A stretch of DNA of 56,189 nt from Steroidobacteraceae bacterium (GCA_035547375.1 DASZVD010000105.1:1-56189), one strand, 5' to 3'; counted from the stretch's first letter, positions 1-10,203 are shown. A program made the numbers and translations. The notes: generated by a model not told the origin, from the sequence alone.

Positions 1-490
1 TCGTCGCCGCCGAGCGTGACGTCCCCGGGAAGACACCCGCCAGGATCTGACACAGGCCCACCCAGATGGCGACACTCCACGTGACGGTGTCCACCTTGGG
101 CTTATTGGCCACGTACGACTCGATCGCGAGGATGAGGATGCCGCCGACGAGCTCGGCCACCGCGATGGGCACGATTTTCTCGGGCAGCTTGAAGCCGGCG
201 TGCGTGACCACGAACCCCACGGCGGCAGTGATCAGGAAGGCCGCGACCAGCTTGAACAGATAGTCGCGGCTCTCGGCATCCCCGAAGTGGGTCAGCAGGC
301 CCACCAGGCGCTTCCAGTAGATGAGCACGATGGCGAGAATGGCGCCGGCCTGGATCGCGACATTGAACAGCTCCGAGCGCTCGCCGAGCCATTTCTCCGC
401 GATCAGCAAGTGGCCCGTGCTGGAGATCGGCAGGAACTCCGTGATGCCTTCGATCACGCCCAGGACAATCGTATTGAGGGTATCAGCCAC
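1..490 (-). CDS. uppP: undecaprenyl-diphosphatase UppP/BacA (partial; C-terminal part lies beyond window start)
   Basis: Not in ORF track because it runs off the window. Own minus-strand translation from GTG at 490: VADTLNTIVLGVIEGITEFLPISSTGHLLIAEKWLG...ILAGVFPGTSRSAAT. The EGxTEFLPxSSTGH and PGxSRS motifs are UppP signatures. Confidence 0.85.
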   Translation of the reverse strand, partial: MADTLNTIVLGVIEGITEFLPISSTGHLLIAEKWLGERSELFNVAIQAGAILAIVLIYWKRLVGLLTHFGDAESRDYLFKLVAAFLITAAVGFVVTHAGFKLPEKIVPIAVAELVGGILILAIESYVANKPKVDTVTWSVAIWVGLCQILAGVFPGTSRSAAT

Positions 491-528
491 TTGGGTCTCG
501 CTTCGGTAGATCTCTTAATCTCTTAGCC

Positions 529-662
529 AGAGCGTCCGACAAAAAGGCCCTTCCCGGGGGACGGCAGCAAGTACGTCCCTGTAAGCCTCTGGCGCAGCTC
601 CCGACCGCGCACTGGGGGGCGTCCGCCCCCCATTCTTGAAGGGCCTTTTTGTCGGACGCTCT
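529..662. repeat. 25-bp perfect inverted repeat (529-553 / 638-662) enclosing two GC hairpins
   Basis: agagcgtccgacaaaaaggcccttc at 529-553 is the exact reverse complement of 638-662. Inner stems are gggacg/cgtccc (558-563/574-579) and ggggggc/gcccccc (614-620/625-631). It lies between the stop of the 682 gene and the uppP start. Confidence 0.7.
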
Positions 663-681
663 TCTCATGTTAGCTTGTGAG

Positions 682-1992
682 TCACAACGAATGACGCAGA
701 TCTTGCAGGGAAAAGCCCGCCAGCGCTGTGTCGTGTGCACGGGTCAGGGCCATGACCTTGAAAGCCTCGCCCATCTCCCCCGGCATGAGCAGTCGCCGCG
801 CCTCGCCGGCGCGCCGGGTCTGCTCCACGATACCACTGGATTCTGACACGAGCCTTTCAATGCCAGTCGCCAGCAGAAAGGCGGCCTGCGTGCAGAACCC
901 ATTGACTTCCAGGCCCGCCGCCACCGCCGCTTCGGCCACCCGCGTGAAATCGACCCAGGCGGTAATGTCCTGCACCCCAACGTTGACATAGGGATTGTCG
1001 TGCGCGAGGTGTTTGAAATGGCACTGCAAGGTGCCGTTGACGCGCTGCGGATGGTAGTAGTGCGAGCGCGGCAGCCCGTAATCGAACAGCAATATCAGGC
1101 CGCGCTCCAGACACTCGGCTAGGCTGGCGATCCAGGGCTCCACGCGCAGGCAGATCTCGGAGGTGTAGCCGGAAGGCAAGGGTTGCGGCAACTCGTCCAG
1201 CAAGGCTGCGCAAGCCGCGGCCAGGGAGCTGTCAGGAGTCGCGGCACAATCAACAAAAGACGCGCCCTCCAGAGTCGTCGTCCGAGCAGCGAACAGCTCG
1301 CCTTGGAGCGCGACACCCAACTCGAGAATACCCCGCGCCCCCCCCGCACCGGCGTCACCAGCACCGAACGCCGCAGCACCGCCTGCGGCCGCATCGACTC
1401 CTGTATCAGCTCCGGCTGCCGCATCCCCGGCAATGACAAACCGCCGGCACGGCAATGCATCCAGCACCTCATTCGCCAGCACGACACCGCGCAGAGGCTT
1501 CTCCGGCAGCCGCTCGAGCCACGCCACCCGCTCGCGCAAGCGCACCGGCAGCCCATTCAACAAAGCCCGCTGACGCTCGGCGAGGTCGGCGCTCACCTCG
1601 AGAATCGCGTAACGATCCGGCAGGACTCCGAGAGCATCGAGCGCCAGCAGAACATCGGCAGCCATCCGCCCGGTCCCGGCCCCGAGCTCGAGAATCCCGC
1701 CGCCGGTCGCGGACAACACGTCCGCGCACTGACGCGCGACACAACGGCTGAACAGATCGGAGACCTCCGGCGCCGTGACGAAGTCCCCGCTCGCACCGAG
1801 CTTGCTGCTGCCGGCGCTGTAGTAACCCAGCCCGGGAGCGTAGAGCGCGAGCTCCATGAAGCGCTCGAAAGACAACCAGCCGCCGGCCGCGGTGACGGCC
1901 TCGCGCAGCCGCCGCTCGAGCGCGCTCGAATGTTGTTGCTCATCCGCCGAGAGCGGTGGGAGGATGGAGCGTAATTCGGAACGGTTCATCAT
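682..1992 (-). CDS. class I SAM-dependent methyltransferase, DUF185/MidA (NDUFAF7-like) family
   Basis: 447-aa ORF with SAM-binding loop ILELGAGTGRMAAD and overall DUF185-like layout. It carries an Ala/Gly low-complexity insert. Start trimmed to Met12 because the longest ORF overlaps the divergent gene; the start is uncertain (1989/1992/2025). Confidence 0.7.
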   Translation of the reverse strand: MMNRSELRSILPPLSADEQQHSSALERRLREAVTAAGGWLSFERFMELALYAPGLGYYSAGSSKLGASGDFVTAPEVSDLFSRCVARQCADVLSATGGGILELGAGTGRMAADVLLALDALGVLPDRYAILEVSADLAERQRALLNGLPVRLRERVAWLERLPEKPLRGVVLANEVLDALPCRRFVIAGDAAAGADTGVDAAAGGAAAFGAGDAGAGGARGILELGVALQGELFAARTTTLEGASFVDCAATPDSSLAAACAALLDELPQPLPSGYTSEICLRVEPWIASLAECLERGLILLFDYGLPRSHYYHPQRVNGTLQCHFKHLAHDNPYVNVGVQDITAWVDFTRVAEAAVAAGLEVNGFCTQAAFLLATGIERLVSESSGIVEQTRRAGEARRLLMPGEMGEAFKVMALTRAHDTALAGFSLQDLRHSL

Positions 1993-2009
1993 CGAAGCCA
2001 GCGCGACCC

Positions 2010-2801
2010 ATGCCAAACGATCCAACGCCGCAGCCCGCCCACGAGGCCTTCCCTCCCGACACCCGGCTCAAGGGAAAGACCGCGCTCATTACCGGCGCCG
2101 CACGGCGCGTCGGAGCCGCTATCGCACGCACGCTGCACGGCGCCGGCGCGAATCTCGTCCTCCACTACCGAAGCTCGGGAGAAGACGCTGCAGAGCTTGC
2201 GCGAGAGCTGAACGACGCGCGAGCCGGCTCCGCAGCGCTGGTGAGCGGTGATCTGCTGGATGTCGAAAAGCTGCCGGCGCTGGCCACTGCCGCGGCACAG
2301 GCTTTCGGCGGTCTGGACATCCTCGTCAACAATGCGTCGTCGTTCTACCCCACGCCGATAGGCGACATCACCCTGCTCGACTGGGACGATCTCATCGGCA
2401 CGAACCTGAAAGCGCCGTTGTTCCTGACACAGGCGGCGGCCCCCGCGCTGCACGCCAACCAGGGACTGGTGCTGAATCTCTGTGACATTCACGGCCTGCG
2501 CCCTCTGCGCCGCCACCCGGTGTACAGCGTGGCGAAGGCCGGACTCATCATGCTGACGAAGTCGCTGGCTCGCGAGCTGGGACCGCACGTGCGGGTGAAC
2601 GCCATTGCGCCGGGGCCCGTGTTGTGGCCCGACGACGGACTCGACAAAGCCCTGCAAGCCGAGATCATCGACCGCACCGCGCTCAAGCGGCCCGGATCGG
2701 CGCAGGATGTCGCGCGGGCCGCGCTGTTTTTCGCCGCCGAAGCGCCGTACGTCACGGGGCAGATCCTGGCGGTCGACGGGGGTCGAAGCGTAGGTTGGTA
2801 G
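2010..2801 (+). CDS. short-chain dehydrogenase/reductase, pteridine reductase (FolM/PTR1-like)
   Basis: TGAARRVG Rossmann motif, NNAS, catalytic YSVAK and PGPV are present. Position next to folK/folB fits a pteridine reductase. ATG at 2010 chosen over the longer ORF. Confidence 0.75.
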   Translation: MPNDPTPQPAHEAFPPDTRLKGKTALITGAARRVGAAIARTLHGAGANLVLHYRSSGEDAAELARELNDARAGSAALVSGDLLDVEKLPALATAAAQAFGGLDILVNNASSFYPTPIGDITLLDWDDLIGTNLKAPLFLTQAAAPALHANQGLVLNLCDIHGLRPLRRHPVYSVAKAGLIMLTKSLARELGPHVRVNAIAPGPVLWPDDGLDKALQAEIIDRTALKRPGSAQDVARAALFFAAEAPYVTGQILAVDGGRSVGW

Positions 2802-3282
2802 GCGGCTCGACCTCGATGAGCGGATGAGCGGCGCGGTCGAAGCGCTCCCAGAGCTCACCGATCGTCACCTTCTCGGTCGGGTGAACGATGTGCGGCGCAA
2901 GGGCAGCGAGCGGCCCCAGCATGAAAGGCCGCTTCAACAGGTCCGGCCGGGGCAACTTCAAACGGGGCCCGTCCGAGATCCGGTCCCCATACAGCAAGAC
3001 GTCGAGATCCATGGAGCGCGGCGCCCAGCGGGGCGCGCCGGGCGGCCGGCCACAGAGCGCCTCGATCGCGTGCAGCTTCTCGAGCATGACCTCCGGCTCC
3101 AACTCCGTCGTGAAGCCGGCGACGTAGTTGATGAAGTCATCGCCCTCGAACCCGACGGCGCGGTTCCGATACCACGGCGAGAAGCGGACATCGGGAAATT
3201 CGCGCAGCAGCTCGCTCGCAGCCAGAGCAAGATTGCGCTCAGGCTCGACGTTGCTCCCGGCCGCGACGTAGACCGTCGGCAC
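2752..3282 (-). CDS. folK: 2-amino-4-hydroxy-6-hydroxymethyldihydropteridine diphosphokinase (HPPK)
   Basis: VYVAAGSNVEPERNL...RWAPRSMDLDVLLYGD...LKLPRPDL pattern typical of HPPK. GTG start at 3282, 7 nt after the folB stop. The 3' end overlaps the convergent reductase by 50 nt. Confidence 0.85.
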   Translation of the reverse strand: MPTVYVAAGSNVEPERNLALAASELLREFPDVRFSPWYRNRAVGFEGDDFINYVAGFTTELEPEVMLEKLHAIEALCGRPPGAPRWAPRSMDLDVLLYGDRISDGPRLKLPRPDLLKRPFMLGPLAALAPHIVHPTEKVTIGELWERFDRAAHPLIEVEPPTNLRFDPRRPPGSAP

Positions 3283-3288
3283 GCCGGC

Positions 3289-3693
3289 TCAGGCCCGGTT
3301 CGCCGCCGCCGCCGGCAGATCGGCCCGGCCGCGCTCGATGGTCACCCCGACGTCACGCGAGCTGCGGATGGCGCCGGGCTTGTTGACCGACAGCCGCACC
3401 CATTCGACGCCGAACTCCTCGAGAATGAGCAGCGCGAGGCGCTGCGCCAGGGTCTCCACCAGCTTGAATTCGGAGGCCTCGATGAAGGCCAGCGTCCGTT
3501 TCGCCACTTTCTTATAGTCGACGGTGTCGGCGACCTCATCCGTGACAGCCGCGCCCCGGCAATCGACCGGCAGCTCGAGATCGATCACGACGGTCTGCCG
3601 GACGCGGCGCTCCCAATCGATGAAGCCGATGACGCATTCGGCCGTCAGTCCGCGCAGAAAGATCCGGTCACCGGAATACAACGCACTCGTCAT
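3289..3693 (-). CDS. folB: dihydroneopterin aldolase
   Basis: MTSALYSGDRIFLRGLTAECVIGFIDWERRVRQTVVIDLEL matches the FolB N-terminal pattern. ATG at 3693 chosen (Met20 of the 153-aa ORF). Confidence 0.85.
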   Translation of the reverse strand: MTSALYSGDRIFLRGLTAECVIGFIDWERRVRQTVVIDLELPVDCRGAAVTDEVADTVDYKKVAKRTLAFIEASEFKLVETLAQRLALLILEEFGVEWVRLSVNKPGAIRSSRDVGVTIERGRADLPAAAANRA

Positions 3694-3756
3694 GGACAGC
3701 TCGAGCTCCTGAAATCGGCCTGCGGAAGGCCGGGGACTGGATCGCGGCACGGCACC

Positions 3757-4812
3757 TCAGCCCGCCTCGATGGGCCGCACACCCTGCGACGTACCGCCCG
3801 AGAGCGGCTGCAGGGACTCGAGCGGCCAACGCGCGCGCGCCTGGATAGTGAGACCGTCGTGCTGGCCGGCCTTCAGCCGGGCAAGACCGGCGACCGCGAT
3901 CATCGCCGCATTGTCGGTGCAAAACTCAATGCGCGGATAGTACACGCGCGCACCGTGGCGGCGGGCCGCTTCCGCAAGGTGCGACCGCAAGCTGCGATTG
4001 GCGCTGACACCTCCGGACACCACCAGCGTATCGAGCCCGGTTGCCTCCAGCGCCCGGAGCGCCTTGCCGGTCAGGGTCGCGACAATCGACCGCTGCACGC
4101 CTTCGGCCACATCGGCCCGCAGCGTGTCCGTCATCTCCCGACCCCGCAGGGCGTGCAATACCGCGGTCTTCAGCCCCGAGAAGCTGAACTCCAGGCCCGG
4201 CCGATCGAGCATGGGCCGGGGGAAATCGAAGGTCCCCGGCCGGCCGCGCTCGGCCAGTCGGGCGAGCTCCGGGCCCCCGGGATAGGGCAGCCCCAGGAGC
4301 TTGGCCGTCTTGTCGAAGGCCTCCCCCGCCGCATCGTCCCGGGTCTCGCCCAGGAGCCGGTACGCGCCGATGCCGCGCACTTCGATCAGCATGGTGTGAC
4401 CGCCCGAAACCAGGAGCGCCACATGGGGAAACGGCGGCGGCTCGGGCTCGAGCAGCGGCGCCAGCAGGTGGCCCTCCAGGTGGTGGACCCCCAGCGCCGG
4501 CACCCCCCAGGCGTATGCCAGGCTCCGCGCCAGCGACGCCCCGGTCAGCAAGGCCCCGATCAGCCCGGGTCCCGCGGTATAGGCGACCCCGTCCAGGGCC
4601 TCGGGCGACGTATTCGCCCGCGCCAGGACGCTCCGTACCAGAGGCAGGAGCCGGCGGACGTGGTCGCGGGATGCCAGCTCGGGCACCACCCCCCCGTAGA
4701 CCCGGTGAAGCTCGATCTGGCTGAACAATTCGTGCGCGAGCAGGCCCCGGCCGTCGTCCAGAATGGCCGCGGCGCTCTCATCGCAGGAGGATTCAATTGC
4801 CAGAATACGCAT
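3757..4812 (-). CDS. tsaD: tRNA N6-adenosine threonylcarbamoyltransferase TsaD
   Basis: [25 protein letters not shown] and VSGGHT motifs; divergent from rpsU as in many proteobacteria. Confidence 0.95.
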   Translation of the reverse strand: MRILAIESSCDESAAAILDDGRGLLAHELFSQIELHRVYGGVVPELASRDHVRRLLPLVRSVLARANTSPEALDGVAYTAGPGLIGALLTGASLARSLAYAWGVPALGVHHLEGHLLAPLLEPEPPPFPHVALLVSGGHTMLIEVRGIGAYRLLGETRDDAAGEAFDKTAKLLGLPYPGGPELARLAERGRPGTFDFPRPMLDRPGLEFSFSGLKTAVLHALRGREMTDTLRADVAEGVQRSIVATLTGKALRALEATGLDTLVVSGGVSANRSLRSHLAEAARRHGARVYYPRIEFCTDNAAMIAVAGLARLKAGQHDGLTIQARARWPLESLQPLSGGTSQGVRPIEAG

Positions 4813-4898
4813 GTCGCCTTAGAATCCCGGCCCCCGTCTCGCTGGGCCCCGGTGGGCGCGGGTCACATTCCCTTATCCGTCAGTGAGTTGAGGTTTCG

Positions 4899-5108
4899 AT
4901 GCCGAGCGTTCGTGTGCGTGAGAACGAGTATTTCGATGCCGCCTTGCGGCGTTTCAAACGCGCTTGCGAGAAGGCCGGGATTCTCACCGAGCTGCGCCGG
5001 CGCGAATTCTACGAGAAGCCCACCCAGGAGCGGAAACGCAAAAAAGCCGCCGCGGTGAAGCGCCACATGAAGCGCCTCTCCCGCGACGTCATGCGGGCCC
5101 CGCGATAA
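4899..5108 (+). CDS. rpsU: 30S ribosomal protein S21
   Basis: [49 protein letters not shown] is a canonical S21 sequence. Confidence 0.95.
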   Translation: MPSVRVRENEYFDAALRRFKRACEKAGILTELRRREFYEKPTQERKRKKAAAVKRHMKRLSRDVMRAPR

Positions 5109-5117
5109 GGCGTAGAC

Positions 5118-5561
5118 ATGACGCTCAAGGAACGCATCACCGAGGACATGAAGAGCGCGATGCGAGCCGGTGAGAAAGAGCGGCTTGGCACGATCCGGCT
5201 GATTCTCGCCGCGATCAAGCAGCGCGAAGTCGACGAGCGCATCACCCTGGACGACGGTCAGGTGTTGGCGGTGCTCGAAAAGATGATCAAGCAGCGCAAG
5301 GAAGCCATCTCCCAATTCGAAAGCGGCGGACGCGCGGATCTCGTTGCGAAGGAGCAGTCGGAGCTCGCCGTGCTGCAGGCCTACCTCCCCGCACAGCTGA
5401 GCGACGCCGAGCTCGACGCGCTGATTGCCGAAGCCGTCGCCTCCGCGGGCGCCACGTCCATCAAGGACATGGGCAAGGTCATGGGCATCGTCAAAGCGAA
5501 GGCCCAGGGCAGAGCCGACATGAGCGTCGTCAGCGCCCGGATCAAACAGAAGTTGGGTTGA
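5118..5561 (+). CDS. GatB/YqeY domain-containing protein
   Basis: MTLKERITEDMKSAMRAGEKERLGTIRLILAAIKQREVDE... is typical of the YqeY family. It sits in the canonical rpsU-yqeY-dnaG position. Confidence 0.9.
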   Translation: MTLKERITEDMKSAMRAGEKERLGTIRLILAAIKQREVDERITLDDGQVLAVLEKMIKQRKEAISQFESGGRADLVAKEQSELAVLQAYLPAQLSDAELDALIAEAVASAGATSIKDMGKVMGIVKAKAQGRADMSVVSARIKQKLG

Positions 5562-5915
5562 TTGCCCGGCAAGGGCCTCCCAGCGGCGGCGGCGCTCATT
5601 GCCATTGCGCTCGCCTGTCTCGCGATCACTCGTAAACTGGACCGCGAACGCCGCCTGCTCGCGAAGCTCCGCAGGCGTGGGGCCCTGAGCCCGGGCATCA
5701 CCGCCATCCCGCTCGATGACCTCTCGGAGGACGAGCGCGACGCGGCCGGCTCGTTGAGTGCCGCCGGCGTGCTCGAGATCCGCGAAAAGCGCGTATTCAT
5801 CCGCACCACGACGCTCGGCGCCTTCCGGCGCAAGCGCGCGCGGCTGCTGTTGATGGGCGGCTTCGGGGCGTTCCTCCTGGCGTGCCTCGTGGCCATGTTG
5901 ATTTTGCGCCGGTGA
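5562..5915 (+). CDS. hypothetical membrane protein (two terminal TM helices)
   Basis: TTG start directly after the yqeY TGA. High third-position GC throughout. Hydrophobic N- and C-terminal segments flank a charged core. No family recognised. Confidence 0.5.
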   Translation: MPGKGLPAAAALIAIALACLAITRKLDRERRLLAKLRRRGALSPGITAIPLDDLSEDERDAAGSLSAAGVLEIREKRVFIRTTTLGAFRRKRARLLLMGGFGAFLLACLVAMLILRR

Positions 5916-5931
5916 GCCGCTATCTGATGCC

Positions 5932-7749
5932 ATGGGCCGTATCCCTCAAAGCTTCATCGATGAGTTGATCGCTCGCGCGGACATCGTCGAGATCATCGGC
6001 TTGCGAGTGCCGCTGAAGAAGGCCGGCCGCGAGTACAAGGCCTGCTGCCCCTTTCACGGCGAGAAGACGCCGTCCTTCTGGGTGAGCCCCGAGAAGCAGT
6101 TCTATCACTGTTTCGGCTGCGGCGCGCACGGCACCGTGCTGCGCTTCCTGATGGAGCACGATCGCATGGCCTTTCCGGAGGCCGTCGAGGAGTTGGCGCA
6201 GCGCCTGGGCCTCGAGGTCCCGCACGAGGGCGGTGGCCCGGGCGATAACACGAAACGCGTCGACGAGCCGTTATATGAGCTCATGGCGCGAGTCGCCGGC
6301 TTCTACTGCGAGTCCCTGGGGCGTGACGCCCGGGCGCGCGCCTACGTGGAGCGCCGGGGCCTGGAGCACGCGACGCTCGAGCACTTCAGCATCGGCTATG
6401 CGCCCAATTCCTGGAATGAAGTCCTTCGGCGCTTCGGCGGCAACGACGCGTCACGCCGTGCGCTGACCGAGTTGGGGCTGATCATCGAGCGCGAGCGCGG
6501 GCAGGTGCGCGACGGCGAGCGTCATTACGATCGCTTCCGGGATCGCATCATGTTTCCCATCCGCGACGTGCGCGGCCGGGTCATTGCCTTCGGCGGCCGG
6601 ATCATCGAGCAGGGGGAGCCCAAGTATCTCAACTCCCCCGAGACGTCCCTCTTTCACAAGGGCCGCGAACTGTACGGGCTGTACGAGACGCGGCGGGCAC
6701 GTTCCAACCTCAAGAGGCTGCTGATCGTCGAAGGCTACATGGACGCGGTCCGGCTCCATCAATCGGGCCTCACCTACGCGGTGGCGACACTCGGAACCGC
6801 CACGACCCCGGAGCATTTCAAGCGGATCTTCCGCCTGGTGAACGAAGTTGTGTTTGCTTTCGACGGTGACCGGGCCGGCCGCGCGGCCGCCTGGCGCGCC
6901 CTGCAGCACGCGTTGCCCGAGGCGCGCGAGGGCCGCGAGATCCGCTTCCTGTTCCTGCCGGACGGCCACGATCCCGACTCCCTGGTGGGCGAGGAAGGCC
7001 GCGAGGCGTTCGAAAAACGGCTCGACACCACCCTGACATTGTCGCAATACTTGATCGGCGAGCTGAAGTCCCAGGCGGACCTGTCACACGCGGACGGCCG
7101 CGCGCGGTTCTCCGAGTTGGCTCGCCCGTTGCTGGCCAGGCTCTCGGCGGGCATCTACCGCGAGCTGGTGCTCAAGGAGATCGCAAGTGCGCTGGGCATT
7201 GCCCTGGGTAAGCTGCAGGAGCTCATGAATCTGGCGCCGCCGGCACCGGCCCGCGCCGGCGGGCACACGGATGCGACGGACCCTGGGCCCGCGCACCGCC
7301 CCGCGCTTCCTGGGCAGGCACGAACGAGCAGTGGGCGGGGCAGTCTCGTCCGGCAGGCTATCGTCAGGCTGGTGAGATTTCCGGCCATCGCGGCACAGGT
7401 TACCGAGGAGGAGCGCGCCACGCTGGACGCCTGCGGCGAGGCCGGAATCGAGCTGCTCCGGGGGCTCCTGGACGACCTGAAGGAGCGTCCACTGCAAATT
7501 CCCGCTCAGGTTATCGAGCGCTGGGCCGACAAACCAGGTGGAGAGCACCTGCAGAAACTGCTTCACCGGGAAGAGGTCGTAAGTGAGGCGCTGGCTGCGG
7601 GAGAGCTCCGGGAAGCCCTGGTCAAGCTCGCGGACACGGTTGCCGTGGAGCGCATGAAGGCGCTCGAGGACAAGAGCCGCTGGACCCGTCTCGATCCCGA
7701 GGAACTCAAGGAATATCAGGAACTTATCGTGCGAAAGGCGCGCCATTGA
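5932..7749 (+). CDS. dnaG: DNA primase
   Basis: Zinc-ribbon CPFHGEKTPSFWVSPEKQFYHCFGCGAHG and Toprim EGYMD/FDGDRAGRAA motifs. Confidence 0.95.
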   Translation: MGRIPQSFIDELIARADIVEIIGLRVPLKKAGREYKACCPFHGEKTPSFWVSPEKQFYHCFGCGAHGTVLRFLMEHDRMAFPEAVEELAQRLGLEVPHEGGGPGDNTKRVDEPLYELMARVAGFYCESLGRDARARAYVERRGLEHATLEHFSIGYAPNSWNEVLRRFGGNDASRRALTELGLIIERERGQVRDGERHYDRFRDRIMFPIRDVRGRVIAFGGRIIEQGEPKYLNSPETSLFHKGRELYGLYETRRARSNLKRLLIVEGYMDAVRLHQSGLTYAVATLGTATTPEHFKRIFRLVNEVVFAFDGDRAGRAAAWRALQHALPEAREGREIRFLFLPDGHDPDSLVGEEGREAFEKRLDTTLTLSQYLIGELKSQADLSHADGRARFSELARPLLARLSAGIYRELVLKEIASALGIALGKLQELMNLAPPAPARAGGHTDATDPGPAHRPALPGQARTSSGRGSLVRQAIVRLVRFPAIAAQVTEEERATLDACGEAGIELLRGLLDDLKERPLQIPAQVIERWADKPGGEHLQKLLHREEVVSEALAAGELREALVKLADTVAVERMKALEDKSRWTRLDPEELKEYQELIVRKARH

Positions 7750-7774
7750 GGAGCTTGCCGTGAAGAACTTGAAT

Positions 7775-7803
7775 TTGGCGTTTTGCCCTCTGTCAAATAC
7801 AAT
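7775..7803 (+). promoter_or_regulatory. candidate sigma-70 promoter upstream of rpoD
   Basis: TTGGCG (7775-7780), 17-nt spacer, TACAAT (7798-7803), about 85 nt upstream of the 7888 ATG. Sequence match only. Confidence 0.3.
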
Positions 7804-7887
7804 TGCCCGCTTTGCTTTGGCGCCCCTTGAGTTGGCCTGTCACGGTCAGCACATAGGGGAAATGCAAGCCCATCGCCGCCGCTAACC

Positions 7888-10074
7888 ATGACGACACGCA
7901 AGCACAAGCCCGCCGCTCCCGCCGCGAAAAAACGCCCATCCGCGCAAGCCAGCAAGCCCGTGAAGACCGCGGCCGCCGAAAAGACCGTGGCCGTCACCTC
8001 CGTGGCTCGCGACAAAGAGCGGACGAAGTCTGCTGCCCCCAGGAAGAGCACGGCCGAAGCACCCGCGCCAAAGCAGCAGCATTCGCCCGCGCCGGTTGAA
8101 GTCAAACCTGCCGCCGAAGCACCGCGGCCGGCGGAGACCCGAAGTGCCGCCCCCGCCGGCGCGAAGAGTGCTGTCGACAAGAAACCCCTGGGTATCGAGC
8201 GCCGTGTTCCCGTAATGCCTGAAGATCGCCAATCACAACTCAAGCTGCTCATTGCCCGAGGCAAGGAGCAGGGCTACCTCACGTACTCGCAGGTGAACGA
8301 TCACCTGCCCTCCGAAATCGTCGATCCCGAGCAGATCGAGGATATCGTCAACACGATCAACGACATGGGCATCCCGGTGTACGAGAAGGCACCGGATACC
8401 GAGTCGCTGCTCCAGAGCGAGCCTTCGGCACCGGCCGACGAAGAGGCGATCGAGGAGGCTGCCGCCGCGCTGGCCGCGCTCGACGCCGAGCTCGGCCGCA
8501 CCACCGATCCCGTCCGCATGTACATGCGCGAGATGGGCACCGTGGAGCTCCTGACGCGCGAGGGCGAGATCCGTATCGCGAAGCGCATCGAGGAAGGTCT
8601 CGACGCCGTGCGCCGCGCTCTGGCCATGTATCCGGCCACGTACGATTTCCTGCAGAAGGCCTATGAGCCCGTCAAAGCGGGCCAGTCGCGCCTCGTCGAC
8701 GTGATCGTGGGCTTCATCGACCCGAACGCCCCCGACATCATTGCGCAACCGCAGAACCCGACGAAGATGGAACTGGTCGAGGCCGACGAGAAGTCGGATG
8801 ACGGCGATGAGGAGGAGGAAGGTAGCGGCGAGGACGGCGACGAAGAGGCCGTCGACACTGGCCCGGATCCAGAAGAGGCCGCCGCGCGCTTCGCGTCCAT
8901 CGCGAAAGGTCACGTCGGCGTGCTGTCGGCCATCGAAAAGGCCGGCGCAAAGGACCCGAAGACCCTGAAGGCCCGCACGAAGCTCGCCGACGAGTTCATG
9001 GAGCTGAAGCTGGCGCCCCGCATGTTCGATGCGCTCATTCTCAACCTGCGCTCTCACATTTCGGAAGTGCGGCAGCTCGAGAAAGAGATCATGGTCATCG
9101 CCGTGCGCGATGCCGGCATGCCGCGCAAGGACTTCATCGCCTCGTTCCCGAAGAACGAGACGAACCCCCGCTGGCTGCAGAAGCACGTCAAGGCGGGGAA
9201 GAAGTACTCCGCGCCGCTGGCGAAGTTCAAAGACGAGGTCGAGCGCCGCCAGAAGAAGCTGGAAGGGCTCGAGCAGCTGTACCACCTGACGATCAACGAC
9301 CTGAAGGAGGTCAATCGCGAGGTGTCGATCGGCGAAGCCAAGGCGCGCCGGGCGAAGAAGGAGATGGTCGAGGCGAACCTGCGCCTCGTGATCTCGATCG
9401 CGAAGAAGTACACGAACCGCGGCCTGCAGTTCCTCGACCTCATCCAGGAAGGCAACATCGGCCTGATGAAGGCGGTCGACAAGTTCGAATACCGCCGCGG
9501 CTACAAGTTCAGCACCTACGCGACCTGGTGGATTCGCCAGGCGATCACCCGCTCCATCGCGGACCAGGCGCGCACGATCCGTATTCCGGTGCACATGATC
9601 GAGACCATCAACAAGCTCAACCGCATCTCCCGCCAGATGCTGCAGGAGATGGGCCGCGAGCCCACGCCGGAGGAGCTGGCCGTGCGGATGGAGATGCCCG
9701 AGGACAAGGTGCGCAAGGTCCTGAAGATCGCGAAAGAGCCGATCTCGATGGAGACCCCGATCGGCGACGACGAGGACTCGCACCTTGGCGACTTCATCGA
9801 GGACACCTCGGTGGCCTCGCCCATCGACCAGGCGACGATGGAGTCCCTGCGCGAGACCACCCACTCGGTGCTGGCGCAGCTGACGCCGCGGGAAGCGAAG
9901 GTCCTGCGCATGCGCTTCGGCATCGACATGAACACGGACCACACCCTCGAGGAAGTGGGCAAGCAGTTCGATGTCACCCGCGAGCGGATCCGTCAGATAG
10001 AGGCGAAGGCGCTGCGCAAGCTCCGCCACCCGAGCCGCAGCGAGCAGCTGCGCAGCTTCCTGATGGATGACTGA
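7888..10074 (+). CDS. rpoD: RNA polymerase sigma factor RpoD with ~109-aa Ala/Lys/Pro-rich N-terminal extension
   Basis: [27 protein letters not shown] (region 1.1), [39 protein letters not shown] (region 2) and region 4.2 [14 protein letters not shown]...[30 protein letters not shown]. An alternative start is ATG 8215. Confidence 0.95.
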   Translation: MTTRKHKPAAPAAKKRPSAQASKPVKTAAAEKTVAVTSVARDKERTKSAAPRKSTAEAPAPKQQHSPAPVEVKPAAEAPRPAETRSAAPAGAKSAVDKKPLGIERRVPVMPEDRQSQLKLLIARGKEQGYLTYSQVNDHLPSEIVDPEQIEDIVNTINDMGIPVYEKAPDTESLLQSEPSAPADEEAIEEAAAALAALDAELGRTTDPVRMYMREMGTVELLTREGEIRIAKRIEEGLDAVRRALAMYPATYDFLQKAYEPVKAGQSRLVDVIVGFIDPNAPDIIAQPQNPTKMELVEADEKSDDGDEEEEGSGEDGDEEAVDTGPDPEEAAARFASIAKGHVGVLSAIEKAGAKDPKTLKARTKLADEFMELKLAPRMFDALILNLRSHISEVRQLEKEIMVIAVRDAGMPRKDFIASFPKNETNPRWLQKHVKAGKKYSAPLAKFKDEVERRQKKLEGLEQLYHLTINDLKEVNREVSIGEAKARRAKKEMVEANLRLVISIAKKYTNRGLQFLDLIQEGNIGLMKAVDKFEYRRGYKFSTYATWWIRQAITRSIADQARTIRIPVHMIETINKLNRISRQMLQEMGREPTPEELAVRMEMPEDKVRKVLKIAKEPISMETPIGDDEDSHLGDFIEDTSVASPIDQATMESLRETTHSVLAQLTPREAKVLRMRFGIDMNTDHTLEEVGKQFDVTRERIRQIEAKALRKLRHPSRSEQLRSFLMDD

Positions 10075-10108
10075 GAGCCCCGGCGCGCGCCAGAGCGCCG
10101 TCGAGATG

Positions 10109-10150
10109 AAAAGGCCCGGTAGCCCATAAAGGCACCGGGCCTTTTGTTTT
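10109..10150 (+). terminator. rho-independent terminator after rpoD
   Basis: Stem ggcccggt (10113-10120) / accgggcc (10134-10141) followed by ttttgtttt. Confidence 0.75.
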
Positions 10151-10203
10151 CGCGCCGTCCGGCGCCCCTGCCGCGTAGCCAGCAAAAGGGCCGTAGGCAA
10201 CTT

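Noticed and set aside
2824-5058. 744-aa ORF on the plus strand spanning folK, folB, tsaD and rpsU
   Set aside because: It is antisense to, or out of frame with, four genes that have unmistakable family motifs. The product is Arg/Gly/Pro-rich low complexity, typical of shadow ORFs in high-GC DNA.
4863-5933. 356-aa minus-strand ORF opposite rpsU and yqeY
   Set aside because: Shadow ORF opposite clearly identified genes, with no recognisable motifs.
8233-10200. 655-aa minus-strand ORF opposite rpoD
   Set aside because: Antisense to a canonical rpoD. Composition is typical of a high-GC shadow frame.
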